Below, one piece after another: positions 1 to 8,926 of a stretch of 37,370 nucleotides of DNA (within the stretch, counting starts at the first letter, position 1; each line of letters opens with the position of its first letter). A program made the position numbers and the translations under genes. The stretch is taken from positions 1 to 37,370 of the forward strand of contig CAYZQB010000007.1 in the NCBI GenBank assembly GCA_964480395.1, written 5' to 3'. The notes beneath the pieces are model-generated. The model did no database searches. It worked only from the letters and a program-made list of their open reading frames with translations, and was not told where the DNA came from. This DNA is from an uncultured Planctomycetia bacterium (lineage in GTDB: Bacteria > Planctomycetota > UBA8742 > SKZP01 > CAYZQB01).

Positions 1-1
1 T

Positions 2-2182
2 AGACACAGATTAAAAGATACGAATAATAAGCGAGAGGAAATTCGAGCAAACCTTGTAATCAAGAGGGATGAAGCAGAACGTGCAAATCAATATGCTGCA
101 ATTGTCAAAGACATTATTAAGAAACTACATTCTGACAAATCAGTTGTTGCTGAGGGTGAGAAATTATTGAATAAACTTACGGAAATGGTTGAAAAAACCT
201 TAAAAAATACTGAACAATTCGTCTTGATAATTAAACAACTGAAAGATGCACTTAATCATGAAAGATTGATCAGTCAAGCGGATTGGAACGGTTTTTCCTG
301 GAAGGCGGAGCTTGTTGAAATTAATGATTCAGTTAAACTTATGAAATACTTTGATTCCAAATCAATCGGGCATAGAACTGAAATAACAGTATTAACCTTT
401 GATAATGCAATGAAATTTATGATGAGTTGTGATAAATCAGGAATCGTTAAAGTATTCTTGGTTGAAAATTTTGAGGAGATTAGGTCTATCAGCATAAATG
501 TTCAAATTAATGCTGCAGTTTTCACGGGTAAACCGGAAATTGTTGTATTTGCGCTTGGTAACGGAAATCTTGAGCTTTGGAACATTGCTCTACGCCAAAA
601 AATCAAAGTAATAAGGAAATTCGATAAGCCGATTCAATCGCTTGCTTACTTTAACGACAGCATTTTTTGTTCAGGTGATGAGTCGCGCATTCTACAGATT
701 TCTCTCAGTGAAGGTTTCAAAGAACTGAATAATTTCTCTGAACCCCGAGGTAATATCAATTCAATCTCAATTTCACCAGATAAAAAATGGCTCGCAGCAG
801 GATGCTCGGACAATAAAACTTATATCTGGTCACTTGATGACAAAGAAACACAAAAAGTACTACATGGATATCACACTGCATCTATATCACAAGTGTCATT
901 TAGCGAGGATTCACAAAAAATTCTCACTAATAGTGAGGACGGAAAGGCAGCAATCTGGTCACTTATGTCAGGTTCTGAATCAAGGCTATTTTCCACGAAA
1001 TTAACAATTAAATCCGGCAGATTTCTGAATGAGAATAAAGTAATTCTAATTAGCGAATCGACAAGCAGTGCATTTGGCATTGAAAGTAAAATTGAAGTTG
1101 TTGACATTAACAGACCTACCGAAACCATAAAGATTGATACTGTTTCTGGGATAGGTAAAATCGCTGAACTTGTTAAAATAAGCGACAAAAAATATCTCTT
1201 ATATGCAACAAAAGATGGCAGCATTAATATTTATATTCAAGACAAAAACAATGTTTGGCAATCTGTTGCAAAAACTGATTTTATTGTTGAAGCGGAAATG
1301 CTTGACAAAAATAGAATCATAAAAATCTTCCGTTCAGGCAGAATACAAATATCGGATGTTGATAAAAATATTGATTATAACGAGTTGCTCAATGTCGGTG
1401 TTATCAATTGTGCTTCTATATCTATTCAAGAGAAAAAAGCTGTTATTGGTACAAATAAAGGCATTCTTTTGTATGTTAATTTCGAAGAAAATGAAATCAC
1501 TGAAAAAAATGAAATTGACAGATTCAATTCACCAATCACTACTGTGTCAATTAAAAAGGACGCAAGCCAGGTGATTGTTGGGTTAAGTGATACATCAGCA
1601 TTTATTTATGATTCAAAGGGTAAACAGAGCAAAGCTTTTCCGAAGTCCAACAATCCGATTGATATTTCAGCAACGAATGCAAACGATACACTTGCGATTT
1701 ACGGTATGAAATCCGGTCATTTAACACCGATTTCACTCCCTGCTGGAATTAAAGGTTCAAAGAGTGACATCTCTATAAGATGCAACAAGATTACATTTGC
1801 AGAATTCAACAAAAAAGAAAAAACAAAAAAGGATGATCTTTTATTCATTGGCTATATAAACAACAATAATAAAGGTGAATTAATTAAACTTGATACTGAA
1901 TACTGGAAGGATGAAAAACTTATTTCCAATTTGCCAGCGAGTATAATCTCTGTTGTTGAAATATCTAATACTCAGATGCTTGTTGGACTTGAAAACGGCG
2001 AAATAATAAGTTATCAACACAATCTTTACAATGAAAGCAAAGATATTTTTGTGAAATTTACTGAAACCGGAAGATTTTCAATATTGAATTCCAGTGATTT
2101 TGTATTTAAGTATTTTTATCGAGATGGAATGTTGTATTTGCTGACTCATAGAGGAACTACGATTGTTCTTGAGTACAAGTAA
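2..2182 (+). CDS. WD40/beta-propeller repeat protein, probably 5'-partial (frame open to the window edge)
   Basis: Frame 2 has no stop from nt 2 to the stop at 2180-2182. There is no ATG upstream of the TTG at 167. The translated 2-166 stretch (..KREEIRANLVIKRDEAERANQYAAIVKD..) reads as continuous coiled-coil into the listed ORF. The body has WD40-type repeats (ISISPDKKWLAAGCSDNKTYIWSL; SQVSFSEDSQKILTNSEDGKAAIWSL). Confidence 0.7.
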   Translation, partial: RHRLKDTNNKREEIRANLVIKRDEAERANQYAAIVKDIIKKLHSDKSVVAEGEKLLNKLTEMVEKTLKNTEQFVLIIKQLKDALNHERLISQADWNGFSWKAELVEINDSVKLMKYFDSKSIGHRTEITVLTFDNAMKFMMSCDKSGIVKVFLVENFEEIRSISINVQINAAVFTGKPEIVVFALGNGNLELWNIALRQKIKVIRKFDKPIQSLAYFNDSIFCSGDESRILQISLSEGFKELNNFSEPRGNINSISISPDKKWLAAGCSDNKTYIWSLDDKETQKVLHGYHTASISQVSFSEDSQKILTNSEDGKAAIWSLMSGSESRLFSTKLTIKSGRFLNENKVILISESTSSAFGIESKIEVVDINRPTETIKIDTVSGIGKIAELVKISDKKYLLYATKDGSINIYIQDKNNVWQSVAKTDFIVEAEMLDKNRIIKIFRSGRIQISDVDKNIDYNELLNVGVINCASISIQEKKAVIGTNKGILLYVNFEENEITEKNEIDRFNSPITTVSIKKDASQVIVGLSDTSAFIYDSKGKQSKAFPKSNNPIDISATNANDTLAIYGMKSGHLTPISLPAGIKGSKSDISIRCNKITFAEFNKKEKTKKDDLLFIGYINNNNKGELIKLDTEYWKDEKLISNLPASIISVVEISNTQMLVGLENGEIISYQHNLYNESKDIFVKFTETGRFSILNSSDFVFKYFYRDGMLYLLTHRGTTIVLEYK

Positions 2183-2257
2183 AAGACAGGATTTTTCCAT
2201 ATTCAATAGCCATATACGTTTTTGGATTCATTTATCTGCGCGTAAAAAAGCAGAAAG

Positions 2258-2298
2258 TCGACATCGTCAATAGGTCAAATTGTATTTGTGTCCATTTT
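2258..2298 (+). promoter_or_regulatory. Copy 1 of conserved bipartite element (TCGACATC-gt-CAATAGGTC-N13-GTCCATTTT), upstream of the ABC ATPase gene
   Basis: The exact 11-mer GTCAATAGGTC at 2266-2276 is identical to 21566-21576 and 28534-28544. GTCC follows after the same 13-nt spacer as in the copies at 21566 and 5705. The TCGACATC-NN prefix is shared with the copy upstream of the sigma gene. Confidence 0.5.
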
Positions 2299-2410
2299 TA
2301 GATGATGTAAAAAAAAGGTGGAAAGTGCGCAAATTTTCTTAGAATTATCAGGATTTTTGATATAAAGTGTCCTGCTTACAAAGATTTATAATCAATTTGA
2401 AAGGGATGAG

Positions 2411-4951
2411 ATGTACACAAGTGCAACAGCGACAGAAGTCGTCGTCAGCGTTCGCGATTTATACACCCATTTCAAAACTGCTGAGGGTATTGCACGTGCT
2501 GTCGATGGAGTCAGCTTCGATATTAAACAGGGAGAAACATTTGCAATTGTTGGCGAATCGGGTTGTGGCAAATCTGTAACTGCGTATTCGATTATGCAGC
2601 TTGTTCAGAAACCTGCAGGTTTTCATCCTCACGGTGAGATTATACTGAATAGCGAAAGTATCAAGAATTTTGATATCTTAAAGATGAATGAGAAAGAGAA
2701 GCGTGAGATGCGCGGTGGTGAAGTCGCCATGATATTCCAGGAACCTATGACTTCTCTTAATCCGGTTTTTACGATTGGGCATCAAATTTCCGAAGCTGTT
2801 GTGCTGCACCAGAATGTTTCATGGAAAGATGCATGGAATATCTCAATCGACATGATTCACAAAGTTGGCATTCCAGACCCTGAACAACGGGTCAAAGAAT
2901 ATCCGCACCAATTATCAGGAGGAATGAAGCAACGTGCTATGATTGCAATGGCACTTTCATGCAAGCCCTCACTTCTTATTGCTGATGAGCCGACAACCGC
3001 TCTTGACGTTACAATCCAGGCACAGATTCTAAGTTTGATGAAAGAGCTCCAGGAAGAAATGGGTATGAGCATCCTACTTATCACGCACGATCTCGGAGTT
3101 GTATGCGAGATGGCGGACAGAGTTGGTGTTATGTATGCCGGAAAAATAGTTGAAAAAGCGAGTAAGGAAGTTTTATTCTCGAATCCGCAACATCCTTACA
3201 GCTTGAAACTCTTCCAGTCATTGCCAGATATAGATAAAAAAGGACAACATTTAAATGTTATCAAGGGATTTGTGCCTAACGCTACAAAATTCCCAGATCG
3301 TTGCAGGTTCGCAGACAGATGCGACTTTATGTTTCATCCATGTCTTGATGATACATTAGAACCAAGACTTCTAAATATTGGTGTGGACGATGAACATCTT
3401 GTTGCATGCCATGGATTTGATGAAAACATTTCTGACAGACCGAAAATCGAGTTGAAAGAAATTGAAGCAATATTTGAAAAACCAACGTTTGAGGAATCAC
3501 CGGTTATTCTAGATGTTCGTAATCTTAAGCAGTATTTCCCGATTAAAGCACGAAAAATTTTCTTGAAAACAAAAATTAAAATATTTCTTGGAATACTGAA
3601 TATATTTGCCCTGGCAACAGCATTGTACGCATTATTATTAGACCAAAATGTAACAGCAATCACAATGGGAGCCGCATGCATACTCAGTTTTGGTGACGTA
3701 TTCTTAAAAACACGCAAAGGCGGGATGCTCTCGATTATTTCATATACATTGTTTTTAATTTTTGGTGTTTTATTCATGATAAACGTTGCAGGGATTGTTT
3801 TCTTCCCGCTTGTTTTCTTCTGGTTTATTATGCTTATGAACCTGTTGATGCCCGGAAGATTAAGCTTAAGAGCTGTCGATGACGTAGATCTCACAATACG
3901 TAAAGGTCATACGATGGCGTTGGTTGGAGAATCAGGCTGCGGCAAGACGACTATGGGTAAATCGATTATTCAGCTCAATAAAACGACGGCTGGTTCTGTA
4001 CGCTATGGTGGTAAGGAATTAACGAATCTTAAAGGTGAAAGTCTCAAGCCGTTCAGACAAAAGATGCAGATTATATTCCAGGATCCTTACGGTTCTTTGA
4101 ATCCGCGACAGATGATTGGTGAAATCATTGAAGAAGGTATGCTTGTACATGGTGTTGGCAAAACAAAAGAAGAACGAGAAGCGATTATCCGCGATGTCCT
4201 GCGTCATGTTAATATGGCACCTGAAATGATGACTCGGTATCCGCATGAGTTTTCTGGTGGTCAACGTCAGCGTATTGGTATTGCACGTGTTCTGGCGATT
4301 CAACCGGATTTCGTTGTTTGCGATGAACCAACCTCAGCACTTGATGTTTCAGTACAAGCACAGATATTAAACCTTTTGAATAAACTTCAGGACGAATTCG
4401 ATTTAACGTTCCTATTTATAACGCATGATCTACGTGTTGTTGAGTTTATTGCAGACCATGTTTCGGTCATGTATCTGGGTAGAATTGTTGAAGAAGGTAA
4501 GACAGAGGAAATCTTTACAAACCCGAAACACCCGTATACAAGAGCACTACTTACAGCGATTCCTGAGACTGACCCAAAATCCGGCTTTAAGAAGATTAAG
4601 CTTGAAGGTGATGTACCGTCTCCGATAAATCCTCCGCGAGGATGCCATTTTAACCCTAGATGTCAATATGCTATGCCGATTTGCAGAGCAGCATATCCTG
4701 GTACAACAGAAGAAACTATTACACACAAAGTGAGATGCTTCCTATATGGTATGGGTGAAATTGACATACCAGAAGAAGTTAAGTGGGAAGGTCGCAAACA
4801 GCTTTTAGATTGGGACGAAGAAAGAGCAAAAGTCAGACAAATTAAAGAAGACGCTGAAGATGATAGACGCTCAAAGATAAAAAACCACAAAAATAAGATT
4901 CAAGAAGAAAAGGACAAAAAGGACAACGATGTCAAAGACGAACACAAATAA
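2411..4951 (+). CDS. ABC transporter ATP-binding protein with duplicated Opp/Dpp-type ATPase domains (YejF/GsiA-like architecture), an internal hydrophobic insert and a charged C-terminal tail
   Basis: Two complete NBDs are present. Walker A is GESGCGKS and GESGCGKT; signatures are LSGGMKQR and FSGGQRQR; Walker B is [12 protein letters not shown] and [12 protein letters not shown]; ITHDL H-loops occur twice. Each NBD is followed by the Cys-rich Opp-type C-terminal segment ([15 protein letters not shown]; [15 protein letters not shown]). Confidence 0.9.
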   Translation: MYTSATATEVVVSVRDLYTHFKTAEGIARAVDGVSFDIKQGETFAIVGESGCGKSVTAYSIMQLVQKPAGFHPHGEIILNSESIKNFDILKMNEKEKREMRGGEVAMIFQEPMTSLNPVFTIGHQISEAVVLHQNVSWKDAWNISIDMIHKVGIPDPEQRVKEYPHQLSGGMKQRAMIAMALSCKPSLLIADEPTTALDVTIQAQILSLMKELQEEMGMSILLITHDLGVVCEMADRVGVMYAGKIVEKASKEVLFSNPQHPYSLKLFQSLPDIDKKGQHLNVIKGFVPNATKFPDRCRFADRCDFMFHPCLDDTLEPRLLNIGVDDEHLVACHGFDENISDRPKIELKEIEAIFEKPTFEESPVILDVRNLKQYFPIKARKIFLKTKIKIFLGILNIFALATALYALLLDQNVTAITMGAACILSFGDVFLKTRKGGMLSIISYTLFLIFGVLFMINVAGIVFFPLVFFWFIMLMNLLMPGRLSLRAVDDVDLTIRKGHTMALVGESGCGKTTMGKSIIQLNKTTAGSVRYGGKELTNLKGESLKPFRQKMQIIFQDPYGSLNPRQMIGEIIEEGMLVHGVGKTKEEREAIIRDVLRHVNMAPEMMTRYPHEFSGGQRQRIGIARVLAIQPDFVVCDEPTSALDVSVQAQILNLLNKLQDEFDLTFLFITHDLRVVEFIADHVSVMYLGRIVEEGKTEEIFTNPKHPYTRALLTAIPETDPKSGFKKIKLEGDVPSPINPPRGCHFNPRCQYAMPICRAAYPGTTEETITHKVRCFLYGMGEIDIPEEVKWEGRKQLLDWDEERAKVRQIKEDAEDDRRSKIKNHKNKIQEEKDKKDNDVKDEHK

Positions 4952-5010
4952 TTGTGTGATATCTGAAAGTAAAACATTTAGCGATTTAGAATAACTATTA
5001 AATCATAACC

Positions 5011-5037
5011 AAAGGGAGCTATTATTATGCTCCCTTT
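5011..5037. terminator. Hairpin between the convergent ABC ATPase and sigma factor genes (candidate bidirectional terminator)
   Basis: AAAGGGAGC (5011-5019) pairs with GCTCCCTTT (5029-5037), giving a 9-bp stem and 9-nt loop. T-rich flanks on both strands are short. Confidence 0.6.
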
Positions 5038-5054
5038 GCTATTTGTCAGTCTAA

Positions 5055-5654
5055 TCAGTTAACACTATTAATCTGATTTTTGAGTATTTCACGTAGCTTA
5101 TGTTCAGCATGCATCATGCGTGTTTTAACTGTACCCAGAGGAATCTCAAGGATTTTTGCAATATCTGCATATTTCAAATCCTGAAAATGCGCCAGCACGA
5201 AAACCATGCGATGTTTTTCATCAAGTTTTTTAACTGCTGATCGAATAATTTCAACAGTCTCATCACGAGAAATCTTATCCTCAACAGATTCATCATCCGC
5301 CTCAAACTGATATTCTGAATTTGTATCGTCGAAACCATTATTTCCGTTTAGCGACACTTCTTTCCTCTTTTTCTTTTTCAAATACTCGTTAATAAACTCA
5401 TTTTTACCAATCTGAAAAAGATATGTACTGAATTTCCCTTTTGGAAAATAATTATCAACACTTTTCCAGAGTTTCAGAAAAGTCTGCTGAGCCAAGTCCT
5501 CAGCAAGTTCTGAATCCGCACCCATTTTGCGAAAAAAGTTAAATATAGGTTTCTGATATTTCAATACAATTGCTTCAAACGCTTGCATGTCGCCGACCTG
5601 CACGCGCAGCATGTGTTTTATATCCTCTCTTGTTGATTCATCTTTATCAAACAT
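5055..5654 (-). CDS. RNA polymerase sigma-70 family factor, ECF-type
   Basis: About 200 aa with sigma region 2 (DLAQQTFLKLWKSVDNY) and a region 4 HTH (YADIAKILEIPLGTVKTRMMHAEHKLRE). An acidic linker separates them. No obvious anti-sigma gene lies downstream. Confidence 0.85.
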   Translation of the reverse strand: MFDKDESTREDIKHMLRVQVGDMQAFEAIVLKYQKPIFNFFRKMGADSELAEDLAQQTFLKLWKSVDNYFPKGKFSTYLFQIGKNEFINEYLKKKKRKEVSLNGNNGFDDTNSEYQFEADDESVEDKISRDETVEIIRSAVKKLDEKHRMVFVLAHFQDLKYADIAKILEIPLGTVKTRMMHAEHKLREILKNQINSVN

Positions 5655-5704
5655 GATTGCACCAGTTCTTTACAGTTATATCTGCTTTTCATCTACAACG
5701 CTGG

Positions 5705-5745
5705 CAGTAGGACTCAAGTGTTACATGTCCTATTGTAGATGTCGA
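5705..5745 (-). promoter_or_regulatory. Copy of the bipartite element, read on the minus strand as TCGACATC-ta-CAATAGGAC-N13-GTCCTACTG, about 50 nt upstream of the sigma factor start
   Basis: The plus strand shows CAGTAGGAC (5705-5713), a 13-nt spacer, GTCCTATTG (5727-5735), then ta and GATGTCGA (5738-5745). This is a near-perfect 9-bp inverted repeat with the same spacing as copies 1 and 2. Confidence 0.5.
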
Positions 5746-5838
5746 AAAGAAAAGCAGAAAATCTGCCAATGAAAGTAATCATAGCAAAAGCACTATGAAA
5801 GATTAATAAATAATAAATTGATTAGAGATACCGCTTTA

Positions 5839-6624
5839 TTATGGGAGCAACGGTTTGTAATAAACCACGTAAGTACTACCGTTGAACATATAAAAACGGC
5901 TATTTGTTGTCAGAGCTTCTAAAATATCGACCTTAAGCTGACCCTTAACAACTTTGCCGTCAACTGAACCTGCGAGATTATCAAGATTTACAGTCGGGAA
6001 TTGCCAATTTGGCACATAAGCAAGCGGGAAATTAAATTCCTCACACGTTATTCCCATCTTTTGGTAATCATAGATTTTGGCATTGCCGGAAAAATCTATG
6101 TATTCATGAAGATAATTAATAATCTCATTTAGTCCTTGTGGTGCACTGTTGCCGATTGATTCGACAGTTTTCTTTTTCCACTTCAGGTTCAAGGTTACTT
6201 TATGTATGCCGTTATATGACGGGTTATTATCATACAATTTGTCGAGGTTCAAGAAATCTCGATCATTGAGATATTCTATGTAACCTAAGACATCGTTCTC
6301 CGAAAGCATAATCTCACTTAACTGATACGATGGCTGATATACAAATATCGGACCGCCATAATACCCGGGCATCATAAACATCGGGAATACAAGAAATTCG
6401 CTGTAAATCAGTCTGCCGTCACCATAAAGCGTGAAAGAAGGATTTTTCTCGAATTCTGAAACCAATTCACCGTTGTTCGGAAAATATGCATATTGGATAA
6501 CAATATTTGAAGCAGATTTGTCGTAATCTGTTAATGATACTTGAGTGTTTAAGTTAGCAGCGCAGCCACCAAAAACCAAAATTAATAAGCCAATGATAAA
6601 CAAATTAAAACGTAGAATTTTCAT
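5839..6624 (-). CDS. Hypothetical lipoprotein
   Basis: N-terminal signal peptide with a lipobox-like LVFGGC (MKILRFNLFIIGLLILVFGGCAANL). I recognise no family motifs. Confidence 0.6.
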   Translation of the reverse strand: MKILRFNLFIIGLLILVFGGCAANLNTQVSLTDYDKSASNIVIQYAYFPNNGELVSEFEKNPSFTLYGDGRLIYSEFLVFPMFMMPGYYGGPIFVYQPSYQLSEIMLSENDVLGYIEYLNDRDFLNLDKLYDNNPSYNGIHKVTLNLKWKKKTVESIGNSAPQGLNEIINYLHEYIDFSGNAKIYDYQKMGITCEEFNFPLAYVPNWQFPTVNLDNLAGSVDGKVVKGQLKVDILEALTTNSRFYMFNGSTYVVYYKPLLP

Positions 6625-6745
6625 GATACACCAAATTAACTAAAATTAAAACTCAATAACAAAACTCTTAATCGGGTACTGTTATATAAATATACGTGAA
6701 TAAGTTCGAAAAAACTAAATTTGTTCGCAAAATAATGTATTTTTT

Positions 6746-7939
6746 TTATAGATTTGCTTCTTTTCTGAGGATTTCAGCCTTGTCAGTTTTTTCCCATGTG
6801 AAATCTTGCTCATTTCGCCCAAAATGTCCATAAGCTGCTGTTTTCGTGTAAATCGGGCGTTTCAACATTAATTGCTGGATAATTGAAGCAGGTCGCAAAT
6901 CAAAGTGTTTATTTACAAGCTTAATAATTTCATCATCTGCGATTTTACCCGTATTAAATGTGTCTATCACGATGCTGACTGGTTGAGCGATTCCGATTGC
7001 ATAGGCAATTTGCAACTCACATTTGTCAGCAAGACCTGCTTTTACAATGTTTTTTACAATGTAACGCGCAAAATACGTTGCACTTCGGTCAACTTTGCTT
7101 GGATCTTTTCCAGAAAAACTCCCCCCACCATGTCTTCCCATTCCGCCGTAGGTGTCAACAATAATTTTCCTACCCGTCAGTCCGCAATCTGCATTCGGTC
7201 CACCAAGTACAAAACGTCCGGTTGGATTGATTAAGTATTCAATGTTTTCTGAAAGGAATTGCTCAGGAATAATCGGCTTAATCACCTTATTTATAAGAAT
7301 TTCCCTCATTTTCGGGTCTAAATCTCCCTTTCCATTATCAAAGCAAACACTTTCATCATGCTGAGTCGACAAAACTACTGATTTCACTCGTTCTGCTTTG
7401 CCATCCTTGTATTTCACGGTAATCTGTCCTTTGCTGTCAGGTCTGAGCCATGGAATTTCGCCATTTTTACGAAGCTCAGCGATTTTCATCATCATTTTAT
7501 GAGACAGCAATGCTGGCAGCGGGAAAAGCTCTGGTGTGTCAATGCAGGCATACCCGAACATCATACCTTGATCACCAGCACCTTGATCTTCATTCTTCTG
7601 TGTCGTTGTGTTAACACCTTGGGATATATCAGGTGATTGCTCGTGAATCCGAATATCCACTTTACAAGTATTCCCGTTGAAACCGAGTTCTTCTCTGTCA
7701 TAACCGATTTCGCAGATAACTTTTCTTGCGATTTCTTCGGTTCGTATTTTTACTTTTGAGGTGATTTCACCTGCGATAAGACAGTAATCGGAGGTAACAA
7801 AAACTTCGCATGCAACTCTTGAATCAGGATCACCAGCAATATATGCATCAAGGATGGCGTCTGCAATTGTATCTGCAACCTTGTCAGGATGTCCTTGCGA
7901 GACGGATTCTGAAGTAAATAAAAAGTTTCCATTATTCAT
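6746..7939 (-). CDS. metK: S-adenosylmethionine synthetase
   Basis: Hallmark motifs FTSESVSQGHPDKVAD, GAGDQGMMFGYA and GGGSFSGKDPSKVDRSA; length 397 aa. Confidence 0.97.
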   Translation of the reverse strand: MNNGNFLFTSESVSQGHPDKVADTIADAILDAYIAGDPDSRVACEVFVTSDYCLIAGEITSKVKIRTEEIARKVICEIGYDREELGFNGNTCKVDIRIHEQSPDISQGVNTTTQKNEDQGAGDQGMMFGYACIDTPELFPLPALLSHKMMMKIAELRKNGEIPWLRPDSKGQITVKYKDGKAERVKSVVLSTQHDESVCFDNGKGDLDPKMREILINKVIKPIIPEQFLSENIEYLINPTGRFVLGGPNADCGLTGRKIIVDTYGGMGRHGGGSFSGKDPSKVDRSATYFARYIVKNIVKAGLADKCELQIAYAIGIAQPVSIVIDTFNTGKIADDEIIKLVNKHFDLRPASIIQQLMLKRPIYTKTAAYGHFGRNEQDFTWEKTDKAEILRKEANL

Positions 7940-7997
7940 TAATCATGCTCCGTTTTACTTTGTTAGGAAAATTACATTAAAGAGGAATTACCTTAAA

Positions 7998-8013
7998 ATG
8001 TAGAAATCTACAT
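7998..8013. promoter_or_regulatory. Perfect palindrome ATGTAGA-AA-TCTACAT in the metK / 8104-ORF divergent intergenic region (candidate operator)
   Basis: 7-bp perfect inverted arms around a 2-nt centre, about 60 nt upstream of the metK start codon. Confidence 0.3.
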
Positions 8014-8103
8014 AAAATACTTATTAATCGTAAAATCAATAAAAATTTGTTTTCAGGATACGTTAGCAGTAATTAAAATCAACTGAAACATACCTAAAAA
8101 TAC

Positions 8104-8721
8104 ATGTTCTGGAGAATGATATTGTCTTTATTCGTTTGTGAAATCAGTATCTGGAAATTTCTGCAGATTAGTATGTTTTTGTTAATGATGCTGCTTTTCG
8201 TTTGGGTTTACGTGAAATTCAGACGCAGTCAACCCAGTATTTACATCAGAAATCTCCCAACACCAGTCCCACCAAAAGATTATTCTATATTACCTTCTGA
8301 AAATCAGGACGAAGCAAGGTTTTTTTGGGAATTTTTAGACAAATTCAAAGAAGATTTCGAGAAAAAAGGACACCCCTTGCAGTATCGCCAACTTATTGAT
8401 TTGCTTCAATATGGACCAATATGGGATTTGAAGACTTTTTCTGCTGAAACACTTAAAGAATCAAAACATTTGAGAAAATATGCATCGGATTCTGTGTTGT
8501 GCAGAGAAATTTTTGAGATTATCATTGAAAATTTAAAGAGCATCAAAACTACTGATGAATCAACTTCTGCATTGAATTCGCTCTTACTTACACTTCCATT
8601 AACACAAGCAGATACAAAGGAAATCATCAGTATTTTTGAACAAGAATCAAAAAGATTTTCTTATGATATTGAAAACCTTATTGTAAAATTAAAGAATAAT
8701 TTATCAAAAATTGATGCTTGA
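8104..8721 (+). CDS. Hypothetical membrane-anchored protein
   Basis: ORF with hydrophobic N-terminal segments (ILSLFVCEISIWKFLQISMFLLMMLLFVWVYV) and a helical soluble remainder. No family is recognised and the start is uncertain. Confidence 0.45.
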   Translation: MFWRMILSLFVCEISIWKFLQISMFLLMMLLFVWVYVKFRRSQPSIYIRNLPTPVPPKDYSILPSENQDEARFFWEFLDKFKEDFEKKGHPLQYRQLIDLLQYGPIWDLKTFSAETLKESKHLRKYASDSVLCREIFEIIIENLKSIKTTDESTSALNSLLLTLPLTQADTKEIISIFEQESKRFSYDIENLIVKLKNNLSKIDA

Positions 8722-8926
8722 TTCTTTTTTGATAAAATAATTAATTTGTATTGAATAATGAAACATTGTATTAAATATAGTAAATGTAAGGAGTATTTTA
8801 AATTTTTTTTCTAAGTAACTTTATATAATCTTAGGATTATTAACTTTGAAAAAATACTTAAAAGATTTCATTTTCAAAGCTAAAATAGCATAAAATAAAT
8901 TACTGATTTTAAAGGAGATGAGGAGT

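Noticed and set aside
7940-8103. SAM riboswitch upstream of metK
   Set aside because: The leader is very AT-rich. It lacks the conserved GC-rich helices and junction motifs of SAM-I/II/IV-type riboswitches that I can recall.
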